Part shown: positions 1 to 8,857 of the stretch, piece by piece
How the letters are laid out: each line of letters opens with the position of its first letter
Numbering within the stretch: position 1 is the stretch's first letter
Assembly (NCBI GenBank): GCA_037440405.1
Contig: JBBIUE010000005.1
Coordinates: 28,660-92,659 of the forward strand
Origin: Pirellula sp.
GTDB taxonomy: Bacteria > Planctomycetota > Planctomycetia > Pirellulales > Pirellulaceae
Length of the DNA stretch: 64,000 nt
Direction of reading: 5' to 3'
Program-made: the position numbers and the translations under genes
The notes under the pieces: generated by a model
Told to the model about the DNA's origin: nothing
Databases searched by the model: none
Seen by the model: the letters and a program-made list of their open reading frames with translations, nothing else

Positions 1-414
1 CTGTTCCAAAGCGCGGTTCAGCAACGCGCGGATTTGCGTCTGTTCGGAAACGTCGGATTCGTCCAGCATTTCTGGAATGGAATTCAGCTCGATCTGGTCG
101 GAACTACCTCCGAGAGCAGACGGGAAACGCTCGTTGCGTCGAAGGGCGTCGATCAATTTATGACGAGTCAAGGACCACAGCCAGGCACGGAAACTACCCG
201 ACTTGCCTGAAGGTTGATAGCGATCGATCGAGCGGGCTACTGCGAAGAAGATTTCTTGAACGACATCGCCAATATCTTGTTCAAGGACTCCATTTCTCCT
301 GCACCAATACTGAATCAGCGGGCGGTATAGACTGACGAACTCGGGCCACGCCGCGCTGTCTGACTGACGAATTCGCGAAACGAGACTATATCGCGTTACA
401 CTGGATGAATCCAT
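1..414 (-). CDS. ECF-type RNA polymerase sigma-70 family factor, N-terminal part only (gene runs off the window start)
   Basis: My own reverse-strand translation from the ATG (412-414 on +) gives MDSSSVTRYSLVSRIRQSDSAAWPEFVSLYRPLIQYWCRRNGVLEQDIGDVVQEIFFAVARSIDRYQPSGKSGSFRAWLWSLTRHKLIDALRRNERF... This fits the sigma-70 region 2 pattern of ECF factors (DVVQEIF ... FRAWL..lTRhklID). It is absent from the ORF track because its stop lies outside the window. Confidence 0.8.
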   Translation of the reverse strand, partial: MDSSSVTRYSLVSRIRQSDSAAWPEFVSLYRPLIQYWCRRNGVLEQDIGDVVQEIFFAVARSIDRYQPSGKSGSFRAWLWSLTRHKLIDALRRNERFPSALGGSSDQIELNSIPEMLDESDVSEQTQIRALLNRALEQ

Positions 415-588
415 GCAATCTCCCCGTCGGTCTTGCAATCACGCCTGGTTTGACACTCAGCGCCAGCTACTTTCCAAAAGGCTCCAATGCTCGGAAACTC
501 ACCTGCTGTCACACAGCGTTCGATTACTTAAAAAGGACCGATTGATCTGTATTAGAATAGGACATCACTCAAGGGAAGTCACTCGTTT

Positions 589-3500
589 ATGTTAAGTGCA
601 AACTGCCCCACGGAACAAGAGCTTCGCGATTACATTATAGGTCGACTCGGTGAGCGTGACTTGGAACCGATCAACCAGCATGTACTCGCATGTACTACCT
701 GCGAAAACACGATCACACGACTGGAGCAGGATTCGGATACCTTGGTTGAATTGCTGAGAAAGACGGACGTTCCTGAGGTGATGATTGATCCAAAAACAGA
801 TGGTCGCCAGCCTCGTGGAAACGAGGACCGGAAGGCAAACAAGGCTTTTCTACCAGAGCTTCCCAAAGCTTTAGGTCAATACGAGCTGTTATCGATTTTG
901 GGCCACGGCGGCATGGGAGCCGTTTATTTGGCTCGCCATCAGAGCTTGGATAAAAAGGTAGCGGTGAAGATTCTTCCTCCCCTACCGTCCACCAATGGTG
1001 AGTTTGTAGCTCGATTCCAACGCGAAATGCGAACCGCAGGCAAGCTCGATCATCCTGCCATCGTTCGGACGACGGATGCCGGTGAACAAGAGGGCTTCCA
1101 CTTTCTAGTCATGGAAGTCATTGATGGTTGGAATTTGAGTCAAATCGCTAGCCTGGAAGGATGCTTGAGAGTAGCGGATGCTTGCGAGCTGATCCGGCAG
1201 GCGGCGATCGGACTTGCCTACGCTCATGAGAAAGGCATTGTCCATCGAGATATCAAGCCTTCCAATTTAATGCTGGATCGGGAAAAGAAGGTCCGCATTC
1301 TCGATTTTGGGCTGGCGCAGGTAGGTTTTTGGGATTCGGAGTATGCCGAAATCACGACGGTTGGTCAGCTGATGGGAACGCTGGACTACATGGCACCGGA
1401 GCAAGCGGAACGTGGTGGAGCAGTCGATTATCGGGCTGATCTGTATTCACTTGGAGCGACTTTGTTTCGATTGCTGACTGGCAGGCCGCCATTGGCTCCT
1501 GCGCCCGACCTTTCACCCCTCGAAAAGCTTCGATTGCTCGCGACATCGAAGGCTCCCCGACTCCGATCGCTAATCCCCTCTGCGTCTCAACCCCTGTCTG
1601 AGGTCGTTGATGCCTTGCTATCGCGCAATCCCTCACAGCGTCCGGCAAGCGCCATTCATGTAGCAGAATCACTAGAGCCATTCTGCCGCGACGCTGATCT
1701 GGCAACGCTCCTCCAGCGAGCAGCCGCTCAGCCTCCTCGTGAAGATTCGGCAAGGAATATCCGACCTCGGCTACGCCGCAGTTTGAAACAAGGTGAACAC
1801 GAATGGAACACAGAGGAAGACGCAAAACCTTCCCATTTTCAAGACATGAACCATCCACTTGGTGGTCGAACTCGTTCCCCGTGGCGAACTGTTTTAGTCG
1901 CTTTGCTCACCGGTGCGTTCAGCATGATTTTCGCGGGCATTCTCTTCATCCTGGAGACAAGCAAAGGGAGCCTAGTCATTACCTCCGAAGTCGATGCACA
2001 CATCAAGCTATTACGGCACGACGAAACAGGAGAAGCAAAAGACCTGGGTGACATCGTTATCACGCCAGGTGCCCAAGTGACGCGACTTAAAAGCGGTCGC
2101 TATGAAATCATTCTCGACGGCCCCAGTGACGCATTCACGATCAACAACGGGGCGTTCTCCATCCGCAATGGGGAAACCGTCATCGCAACGATCACTCCCA
2201 AATTGGACTTCGCCTCGGGCTCCAATCCGCCAATCGCACAGCCGGCCTTATCACTAGCGACAAACGAGGTCGCGAACCCTCAACAAAACCCTTCGCGCCC
2301 ACCTGAAGCGACGTATCAAGGGAGAACACTGCAAGAGTGGTTGCAATCTCTTCAAGTGGAGCGCGACGAAATGGCAATAACCGAGGCGATTCAGGCTCTA
2401 TCGTCCTTAGAGGATGCGTCGAATCGCTCTCAAGTACGTGAGCACATCATTGCGTTCCTTCGACGTTCCCCTAGCTACTTCAAGCGTTTTCCCGTTGCCT
2501 TAATAGTTCTCCACAAATGTTCAGGAGAGGAGTTTCTCAATAGTGTGAATTTGCTGATCGAGGAGATGGCAGAAAATGAACGACCGCAAGGAGTACTCGC
2601 CTTGATGCCCTTTCTGGCGGATCCTCCCGAGTATGATTCTGCCAGCATGGAACGGCTTCTGAGTCACGTTGAATCGGCGCTTCACCACGCGGATTCTGAG
2701 GAGGCCCTAAAGTTGGCTTTGGCATTCCGCAGAATCGCATTTCTCACCCCAGCGAAGAAACTCACCTCACAACTGCAGTCACGGGTTCTCTTTATCTTTT
2801 CAAATACGCCGACACTGACTTTGGAAAACTTTTGGTTGAGTCCCAAGGATTTGCCCGTCGGCGGAGAGGCGCGTCTCAGTTCCTCCAAAATTCTCCTGCA
2901 GGAAATCGCTCGTAAAGCGCTGGCGGTACTGGATACGAAGGATGCCCATTCAGAACCACCACCTGCAACGCGGGCTCTCGCCTGGATCGTGTTGCGTTTG
3001 ATGATTCAAGACGGTTACACACTCTCCGACGACGAGAAGACCCAACTCCATGCCATACTGCGATCCACCCTAGAGCAACCCGATCTATCATTAGTCGAGG
3101 TCAACATCGAAAGGGTAACGGAAGCGATCGTTCTACCGAGATGGTTGAGTGCGAACATGTTCACCATGGTTCGGCAAGATGCAAAGAGCATTGCCTTTAC
3201 CAATCTGCAGATTCTGGCACTGAACACGATCGAGCAGGCGGGACTGCAAGAGCGATTTCAGGATGAGCTGCAAACGTTCTTGAAGAAACTCGATGACATG
3301 CCCTTGTGCTTTCTCGTTCTTTTGAACGTCGATTCAAGCAAACCTCTTTCTTGGGATGGCTGGATGCGCCAGAAGGATGAAAAGATCGAAACCGACATCT
3401 TGCTTGCGCAATTCCTCTACGGACAAACGGCCTCCATGCTGGGTGAGTCGCGAGATGCCATTTACGCTCGTTTTCGAGAACGCCGGTTAGTTGATGAAAA

Positions 3501-5130
3501 GTACTATGTCCGTGATTGGATCCGCAGATACGAAAAGGATCCGACTACATCAATTGGGTTGATCAAGTTCAACCTTCCCAGAGAGCCAGATGCATTCGTC
3601 GCCGAGTTTCTACGAAAGCATTTTGCGAATTGGATAGGAACCGGTTCTCGCACGATGATAGAAAGTGAAGAGAAGCTTGAGCTTTGGATTAGATCCGCTG
3701 GAGAAGGTTTCATGCCAGCTTTCGCAGAATTGATCCTCGAATCGACCAGCGATGTTCAAGAGATACTTCTTTCTGTGGATCTTTCGAAATATTCAACTCT
3801 CATCTGCAGTGATCCATCGTCCCTGGAGCGATTATTCCAATTGAGCGGCCATCGTTTCGAGGGACAAGCGAATATCTTGGACAATGTGCGGACGAGTCGC
3901 ATGCTCCGGTTTCTACGGAATTTGTTATCGGTTCGTTCGAAGGTCGGAATGAATGGTCAGCGCGCGATCATCGAGCATTTGGGGAAGTTTCCTCAGCTTA
4001 CCGATGAGACGTTTTGGCTCAACCATCAGACTTCAAATACGAATAACATAGAATCTGCTTTCAGCTTTGCAGCGCCAATGCGAGCGGAAAAACTTCGAAG
4101 GGCCATCGAGCTTCTGGAATCGAGACAGGTCAACGATGGACGCATTCGTTGCCAGGCTTGGATGATCGCCCGACGCTACTTCAGCGAACTCACAAGTTTA
4201 CCAGAGGCGTACTCCCAAAAGCTTCAACGGGCCATTGTCGAGACTTGTTCCGAAATGGATCTGATGAACAACCGCGAAGCAATGCTAAAACTGGAATTGG
4301 TACCAAGCATCTTCGAGCCTGATACTGTTCCCGCATTCGCTCCCCAAAAACTACGCGATGTCTCCGCACTAAGCTTTCCAATCATCGATCGCGTAAAAGC
4401 TCCTCGATATCGAGATCTGCAACCGATCGCTAACGAATTTATCCTGGCATTCAATCTCTTGCTCGACCAGCCAGAACCGATCAGGCTTCAACTGACCTCA
4501 CAATTCCAAAACAAGTTAGTCCAACTGTGCGATACAGTTGAGATGGAAAGTTTTCAGCTCCATCCATCAGGGTTTGATACGACGAGTGATGGAACCGTCG
4601 ATAGCATCCAGGAACGTACGAATCGATCATGGGTTCGTTTCGTCGGAAATCGGCTGACTCATGGCGGCCCCACTGAGCCGATGGTTTTGCATAGCTTACA
4701 CCTGCAAGCAGCCGCATTGCTCCAGAGAGATGTTAACGCGCTTGCCAATCGTCCATTCGACCGATATCGCGAATCAGAGCAAAAAAGGATTCGGGAGATT
4801 CAACCTAGAGACACCCTATCGATTTTTATTCCCGGAATTCTGCCGCAGAGTGGCGATCCGCCGGTTCTGCAGGCAGGAACGAAGCCGCCCGTCATCGGGT
4901 ATCCTGTCGTCGTAACCAAAGCGGGAACAATCGAGCTTCCGATTTTGGGGACGGTTGAAACAAAGGAATTGACCCCCGACCAATTGAGAGAGAGTATCGT
5001 CAAGAAGGCAGTTGAAACCTTGGGCACCGAACCCAAAGGGATTACGGTTCAGTTTCTGGTTCGCAGCGACGAGCTAGTGGAGTTGCGCAATATCGCTGGA
5101 CCGAACCCTCTACCACCCAAAATTCCGTGA
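589..5130 (+). CDS. Membrane Ser/Thr protein kinase with N-terminal ZAS (zf-HC2) anti-sigma-like motif and C-terminal Wza-type Poly_export domain
   Basis: 1513-aa ORF; ATG 589 is preceded by AAGGGAAG. The N-terminus has C6 ... H31-x3-C35-x2-C38 (NQHVLACTTCENT, nt 679-702). Hanks kinase motifs are GHGGMGAVY, VAVKIL, HRDIKPSNLML, DFGLA and MAPEQ. There is one TM helix (WRTVLVALLTGAFSMIFAGILFILE, aa ~432-456), then a beta-rich segment and ~900 aa of helical repeat. The C-terminal ~90 aa (nt 4798-5067), IQPRDTLSIFIPG...GYPVVVTKAGTIELPILGTVETKELTPDQLRESIVKK...ITVQFLV, fit the Poly_export (PF02563) pattern. Confidence 0.9.
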   Translation: MLSANCPTEQELRDYIIGRLGERDLEPINQHVLACTTCENTITRLEQDSDTLVELLRKTDVPEVMIDPKTDGRQPRGNEDRKANKAFLPELPKALGQYELLSILGHGGMGAVYLARHQSLDKKVAVKILPPLPSTNGEFVARFQREMRTAGKLDHPAIVRTTDAGEQEGFHFLVMEVIDGWNLSQIASLEGCLRVADACELIRQAAIGLAYAHEKGIVHRDIKPSNLMLDREKKVRILDFGLAQVGFWDSEYAEITTVGQLMGTLDYMAPEQAERGGAVDYRADLYSLGATLFRLLTGRPPLAPAPDLSPLEKLRLLATSKAPRLRSLIPSASQPLSEVVDALLSRNPSQRPASAIHVAESLEPFCRDADLATLLQRAAAQPPREDSARNIRPRLRRSLKQGEHEWNTEEDAKPSHFQDMNHPLGGRTRSPWRTVLVALLTGAFSMIFAGILFILETSKGSLVITSEVDAHIKLLRHDETGEAKDLGDIVITPGAQVTRLKSGRYEIILDGPSDAFTINNGAFSIRNGETVIATITPKLDFASGSNPPIAQPALSLATNEVANPQQNPSRPPEATYQGRTLQEWLQSLQVERDEMAITEAIQALSSLEDASNRSQVREHIIAFLRRSPSYFKRFPVALIVLHKCSGEEFLNSVNLLIEEMAENERPQGVLALMPFLADPPEYDSASMERLLSHVESALHHADSEEALKLALAFRRIAFLTPAKKLTSQLQSRVLFIFSNTPTLTLENFWLSPKDLPVGGEARLSSSKILLQEIARKALAVLDTKDAHSEPPPATRALAWIVLRLMIQDGYTLSDDEKTQLHAILRSTLEQPDLSLVEVNIERVTEAIVLPRWLSANMFTMVRQDAKSIAFTNLQILALNTIEQAGLQERFQDELQTFLKKLDDMPLCFLVLLNVDSSKPLSWDGWMRQKDEKIETDILLAQFLYGQTASMLGESRDAIYARFRERRLVDEKYYVRDWIRRYEKDPTTSIGLIKFNLPREPDAFVAEFLRKHFANWIGTGSRTMIESEEKLELWIRSAGEGFMPAFAELILESTSDVQEILLSVDLSKYSTLICSDPSSLERLFQLSGHRFEGQANILDNVRTSRMLRFLRNLLSVRSKVGMNGQRAIIEHLGKFPQLTDETFWLNHQTSNTNNIESAFSFAAPMRAEKLRRAIELLESRQVNDGRIRCQAWMIARRYFSELTSLPEAYSQKLQRAIVETCSEMDLMNNREAMLKLELVPSIFEPDTVPAFAPQKLRDVSALSFPIIDRVKAPRYRDLQPIANEFILAFNLLLDQPEPIRLQLTSQFQNKLVQLCDTVEMESFQLHPSGFDTTSDGTVDSIQERTNRSWVRFVGNRLTHGGPTEPMVLHSLHLQAAALLQRDVNALANRPFDRYRESEQKRIREIQPRDTLSIFIPGILPQSGDPPVLQAGTKPPVIGYPVVVTKAGTIELPILGTVETKELTPDQLRESIVKKAVETLGTEPKGITVQFLVRSDELVELRNIAGPNPLPPKIP

Positions 5131-5364
5131 GAATCGGCTTCTGAGCATTAGGTGGAGAAGGAATTGCTGACGTGATGAGGCGCGGAGCAACTACCTCTCA
5201 TCGAACAATCCTGATCCAAGTTGAGACAGTCGAGATAGCGAGCACGGACTATACGAACTGCGTGAGACACGCGAACGCACAAAACCGCAGCAGGTTGCAG
5301 CAGCACTTTTTCGCGCATCGTCAGGCCGTGATTGATCCCAAGCAGAGTCACTTGGGACTCCAAG

Positions 5365-6276
5365 TTATTCTCCTGAGTTGATGATTTCTCGTCTGAGAGT
5401 TCTTAGAAGGAACCACAGATTCTTTGCATATCTGGGGAAGAGTCGCTTGGGATCGGTACACGCGCGATATAGCCACTCGAGTCCGATGATCTGGAGGAAA
5501 CGAGGCGCGCGTTTGGCGGTGCCCGCGACGAAATCGAACGAGGCTCCCAGTTGGATGTTGATTGGTACGCCAAGTTGTTTGAAGTTTTCAGCGATCCAGA
5601 GTTCTCCTTTGGGCTGTCCAAAAGCTACGAGCAAAATATCGGGACGGGCTGAACGGATGCGTTGATTTATCTCCTCTAAATCGTCCTTCGTCCAGGTGCG
5701 GAAGGGAGGCGAGTGGACTCCGGCGACGTGGAGACCTGGGTAAAGTTGTTGCAGTTTCTCGGCAGCCGATTGAGCAACTCCTTCCGCGCCCCCGAGAAAG
5801 TAAACCGAATGTCCTTTTCGAGCGGCCTGTTCACAGATTCGAAAGATCAAATCCGAACCAGCAACTCGCTCGGGAAGTGGGTGGGACTCTAGCTTGGATC
5901 GCCACAGGATCGGCATTCCGTCACAGAGTACCAAGTCTGCCAAGCACGTGGCTTGTTGAAGTTGGCGATCTCGTTCGCGGAGCATCACAAAGTTAAGGTT
6001 TGCAGTTATGACAAACGAAGGTTGGGCGATGGAGATCTGATGATCCATCCACCGCAAAGTCTCATCCATATTGACCACAGCAAAATCGATGTCCCAAATT
6101 CTACAACGTTGAATTTCGATGGAGCTTGGCTCGGCAGACGAGGACTCGTTGCGAACTGGTCCCACGTACAGAGGTCCGAGGGGAACTGCGGTGTTGACAT
6201 TCGTGTCGAGCATGATTTCTCTTGGTGTTTCGCTATTAAAAATTTCCCCAGAAGACGTGCGAGAGCGACGGGGCAT
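5365..6276 (-). CDS. WecB/TagA/CpsF family glycosyltransferase
   Basis: 303-aa ORF with an ATG start. Blocks FVITANLNFVMLRERD, LVLCDGMPILW, RVAGSDL, VYFLGGAEGVAQSAAEKL..YPGL.VAG, RPDILLVAFGQPKGELW, QLGASFDFVAGTAKRAP and GLEWLYR..DPKRL.PRY match the family signature as I recall it. Confidence 0.85.
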   Translation of the reverse strand: MPRRSRTSSGEIFNSETPREIMLDTNVNTAVPLGPLYVGPVRNESSSAEPSSIEIQRCRIWDIDFAVVNMDETLRWMDHQISIAQPSFVITANLNFVMLRERDRQLQQATCLADLVLCDGMPILWRSKLESHPLPERVAGSDLIFRICEQAARKGHSVYFLGGAEGVAQSAAEKLQQLYPGLHVAGVHSPPFRTWTKDDLEEINQRIRSARPDILLVAFGQPKGELWIAENFKQLGVPINIQLGASFDFVAGTAKRAPRFLQIIGLEWLYRACTDPKRLFPRYAKNLWFLLRTLRREIINSGE

Positions 6277-6355
6277 ACTGGTTGTCTTTAGAAATCTACG
6301 TTAGGATTCGCAGCGAAACGACGGTCTTGGCGAGAGCGGTCGGACTGGGCTGTCA

Positions 6356-7660
6356 GTGATGACAGTTATTCTTTCTTTAGGAATTGCAATGGCACGTCGA
6401 GTTGTGGTGGTTTTGGTCGAAGGTGTCGGCATCAACATGCTCGGAGCGTATGGTGGCCCGTGGTTACCGACACCGACGCTGAATGCCACGTCGATTCGGA
6501 GTGATGTCTTCGACCGTTTTTGGCTGGATTCTTTGTCCTTGGAAAGACTGTATCGCTCGATGTGGTGTGGGTTGCACGCTGGCGAGCCGGATGGTGCGTT
6601 GGCAACGCCACTTCCAACATGGTTGCAGGATTCCGGCTTGGGAACATTTTTAGCCACGGACTCCGACGAGGTGTTGGCTCTTCCAAGCTCGAACGAATTC
6701 GAATCCGTAGCTCGCATCGACGTGGCGGATGGTGACGAAGTTTCTCGTTGGGAAGATGCCGGAATCGCCAGGTTCTTTGAGGAGTCGATCACTGCTTGGT
6801 TAGCGGTCGAGCCAGCTCCGTCCCTGGTCTGGTTGCACAGTCGAGGATTGCGTGGGCCATGGGATGCTCCTTATGAATTGCGGAAATTGCAGCAAGGGGA
6901 GGACGATCCCCCGCCACCTCGAGGTACGACACCGCCGAACGCAAACTTTCAGGATCGCCATGAACATGCGGACGAACTGCTTGGTTGGAATCAAGCGGCT
7001 TCCGCGCAAGTGCATCTTTTGGATGAAGCTTGGGACTGGTTCGTCTCGGCAGTTGAAGAGCAATCCAAGCAGGATGAGTACCTGGTGATGTTCCTTGGAC
7101 TTCAAGGGTATCCGCTCGGCGAGCACGGGGTCGTTGGTCTAGAACAAGAAACCGTTTTCGCCGAGAGGACTCGATGCCCTTTTTGGATCTGGAAGCCTGA
7201 ATCACCACTGGGACGGCGTCTCGACTTTTTCGTACAGCCTTCGCATCTATTTCAGACGATTCTCGATTGGCTGCAGATTCGATCTCCTGAAGCCGCGGTG
7301 CGACCGTGCTCTTCAAATATTTTGTGCATCAATGCCAGTCGGCCTTGGAACGAGATTCCGGTTTCGCATCAATCCGCGTTGACCTTCGCGGATCGAGCAT
7401 GGAGTTGCCAGACTCCTTGGTGGTCAGGGATCAGCAGCTCAGATTCAGAGCAACCACGCGAATTGGCCGACGAACGAGAAACGAAATTATTTGTGCTGCC
7501 GGACGATCGATTTCAACAGAACAATGTTTTTCGTCGAGCCAGGCAGATCGCTGAGTCGTTGGAGGCCTACCGATCGCTGCTCATCGATTGGATGTGTCAG
7601 GTTGGTGATCGCGGTCCGATGCCATGCATGCCCGATAGACTGCTCGAGCGACCTCGCTAA
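6356..7660 (+). CDS. Sulfatase/alkaline-phosphatase-superfamily-like protein with degenerate active site
   Basis: 434-aa ORF. VVVVLVEGVGINMLGAYGGPWLPTPTLN parallels the sulfatase N-terminus (..lIlvDDlg..lg.yG...TPnLd), and LVMFLGLQGYPLGEHG parallels ..SDHG..lGeHG. The catalytic positions are replaced: DD->EG, no C/S-x-P-x-R, DHG->LQG. The start is ambiguous (GTG 6356, ATG 6359 or ATG 6389). Confidence 0.6.
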   Translation: MMTVILSLGIAMARRVVVVLVEGVGINMLGAYGGPWLPTPTLNATSIRSDVFDRFWLDSLSLERLYRSMWCGLHAGEPDGALATPLPTWLQDSGLGTFLATDSDEVLALPSSNEFESVARIDVADGDEVSRWEDAGIARFFEESITAWLAVEPAPSLVWLHSRGLRGPWDAPYELRKLQQGEDDPPPPRGTTPPNANFQDRHEHADELLGWNQAASAQVHLLDEAWDWFVSAVEEQSKQDEYLVMFLGLQGYPLGEHGVVGLEQETVFAERTRCPFWIWKPESPLGRRLDFFVQPSHLFQTILDWLQIRSPEAAVRPCSSNILCINASRPWNEIPVSHQSALTFADRAWSCQTPWWSGISSSDSEQPRELADERETKLFVLPDDRFQQNNVFRRARQIAESLEAYRSLLIDWMCQVGDRGPMPCMPDRLLERPR

Positions 7661-7672
7661 GGGAGGAACGCA

Positions 7673-8632
7673 ATGCCCACAAAAACGACCATGCCGTTCC
7701 CCAGTTTGAAACCTCGTCGTACCATCACCGGAATTTCCGCTGTTTTGCTGCCGATGAACGACGATCAGGAGATCGATCTGGAGTCCTGGCAATCGCTGCT
7801 CGAACGCACGTGGAAGGCCGGCCTGACTCCCGCCATTAACATGGACACGGGCTACGCCGCATCGATTGATGATACAACGCGCCATCACCTATTGCAGATG
7901 GCATCCGACCAAGCTCAGGGACGTTCCTTCGTCTCCGGAGTATTTGTGCAAGATCGACCGGGTGCCTTGTTCCATGAAGTCGAGTACTTGACCCGGACCG
8001 GTGAGATTCGATCATTTGGCGGATTGCCCATTATCTTTCAGTCGTATGGACTGTGTGATCTTCGAGGCGACCGACTCGTGGCTGCTTATGACAAAATCGC
8101 GACGGCAACCGATCGTTTCTTGTTATTCGAATTAGGAGCCATGTTTGCTCCGTTCGGGCGTATTTACTCCTTGGATGAATACAAGGAGATCATGAGTATT
8201 CCGCAGTGTGTTGGAGGCAAGCATTCATCACTGGACCGCTGTCAAGAGTGGGAACGATTGCAACTTCGCGATCAATCGCGGCCGGGATTCATGGTGTTGA
8301 CCGGTAACGATTTGGCAATTGATATGGTTTGGTATGGGAGCGACTATCTTCTGGGGCTATCCGCCTTTGCACCTGATTATTTTGCATTGCGAGACCGCTG
8401 GTGGAGCGCAGGAGATGTGCGCGCATTTCAATTAAATGACTTACTTCAGTATCTAGGACAATTCGCATTTCGATCCCCGGTCCCTTCGTACAAGCATTCA
8501 GCAGCGCAGTTTCTCAAGTTGCGCGGCTGGATAGGTTCTGATCGACCGCTTCGGGGTCAGCCCGAGCGCCCCGCCTCTGACGTTTCGATCTTGCGAGACA
8601 TTCTCGAACGTTTGGAAGCCATAGTCCTATAG
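7673..8632 (+). CDS. DapA/NanA-like class I aldolase family protein (family-level call)
   Basis: 319-aa ORF; ATG 7673 follows GGGAGGA, 12 nt after the previous stop. ITGISAVLLPMNDDQEIDLESWQSLLERTWKAGLTPAINMDTG and PQCVGGKHSSLD follow the DHDPS-family layout. The Schiff-base Lys position is kept, but GTTGE is replaced by MDTGY. Confidence 0.55.
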   Translation: MPTKTTMPFPSLKPRRTITGISAVLLPMNDDQEIDLESWQSLLERTWKAGLTPAINMDTGYAASIDDTTRHHLLQMASDQAQGRSFVSGVFVQDRPGALFHEVEYLTRTGEIRSFGGLPIIFQSYGLCDLRGDRLVAAYDKIATATDRFLLFELGAMFAPFGRIYSLDEYKEIMSIPQCVGGKHSSLDRCQEWERLQLRDQSRPGFMVLTGNDLAIDMVWYGSDYLLGLSAFAPDYFALRDRWWSAGDVRAFQLNDLLQYLGQFAFRSPVPSYKHSAAQFLKLRGWIGSDRPLRGQPERPASDVSILRDILERLEAIVL

Positions 8633-8857
8633 GCGAACTGCGGATTGGGATCGAGCGTCCCAAACCTTTGGCGTACACGAGAGATCAACCTTTCGTCCCA
8701 GACAAAGAATCGGGCTGATCTATGTTCACCTGCCGCTCGCCTTAGTTGCATCGCTTGGGACGTTATGGCATACTGAACTGGCTCTGCGGAAGTCTGGCCG
8801 CTTGGCGGTTGGCTGACCGCGTGTACAACTTCAGAACGCCGGAAAGGTGAATCGCCT

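Noticed and set aside
5148-5363. 71-aa ORF immediately downstream of the WecB-like gene. ORFs 50174-50542 and 50365-50568 in the tgt/OmpA spacer were also considered.
   Set aside because: They are Arg/Cys-rich and low-complexity, with no motifs and no RBS. They are most likely non-coding spacers.
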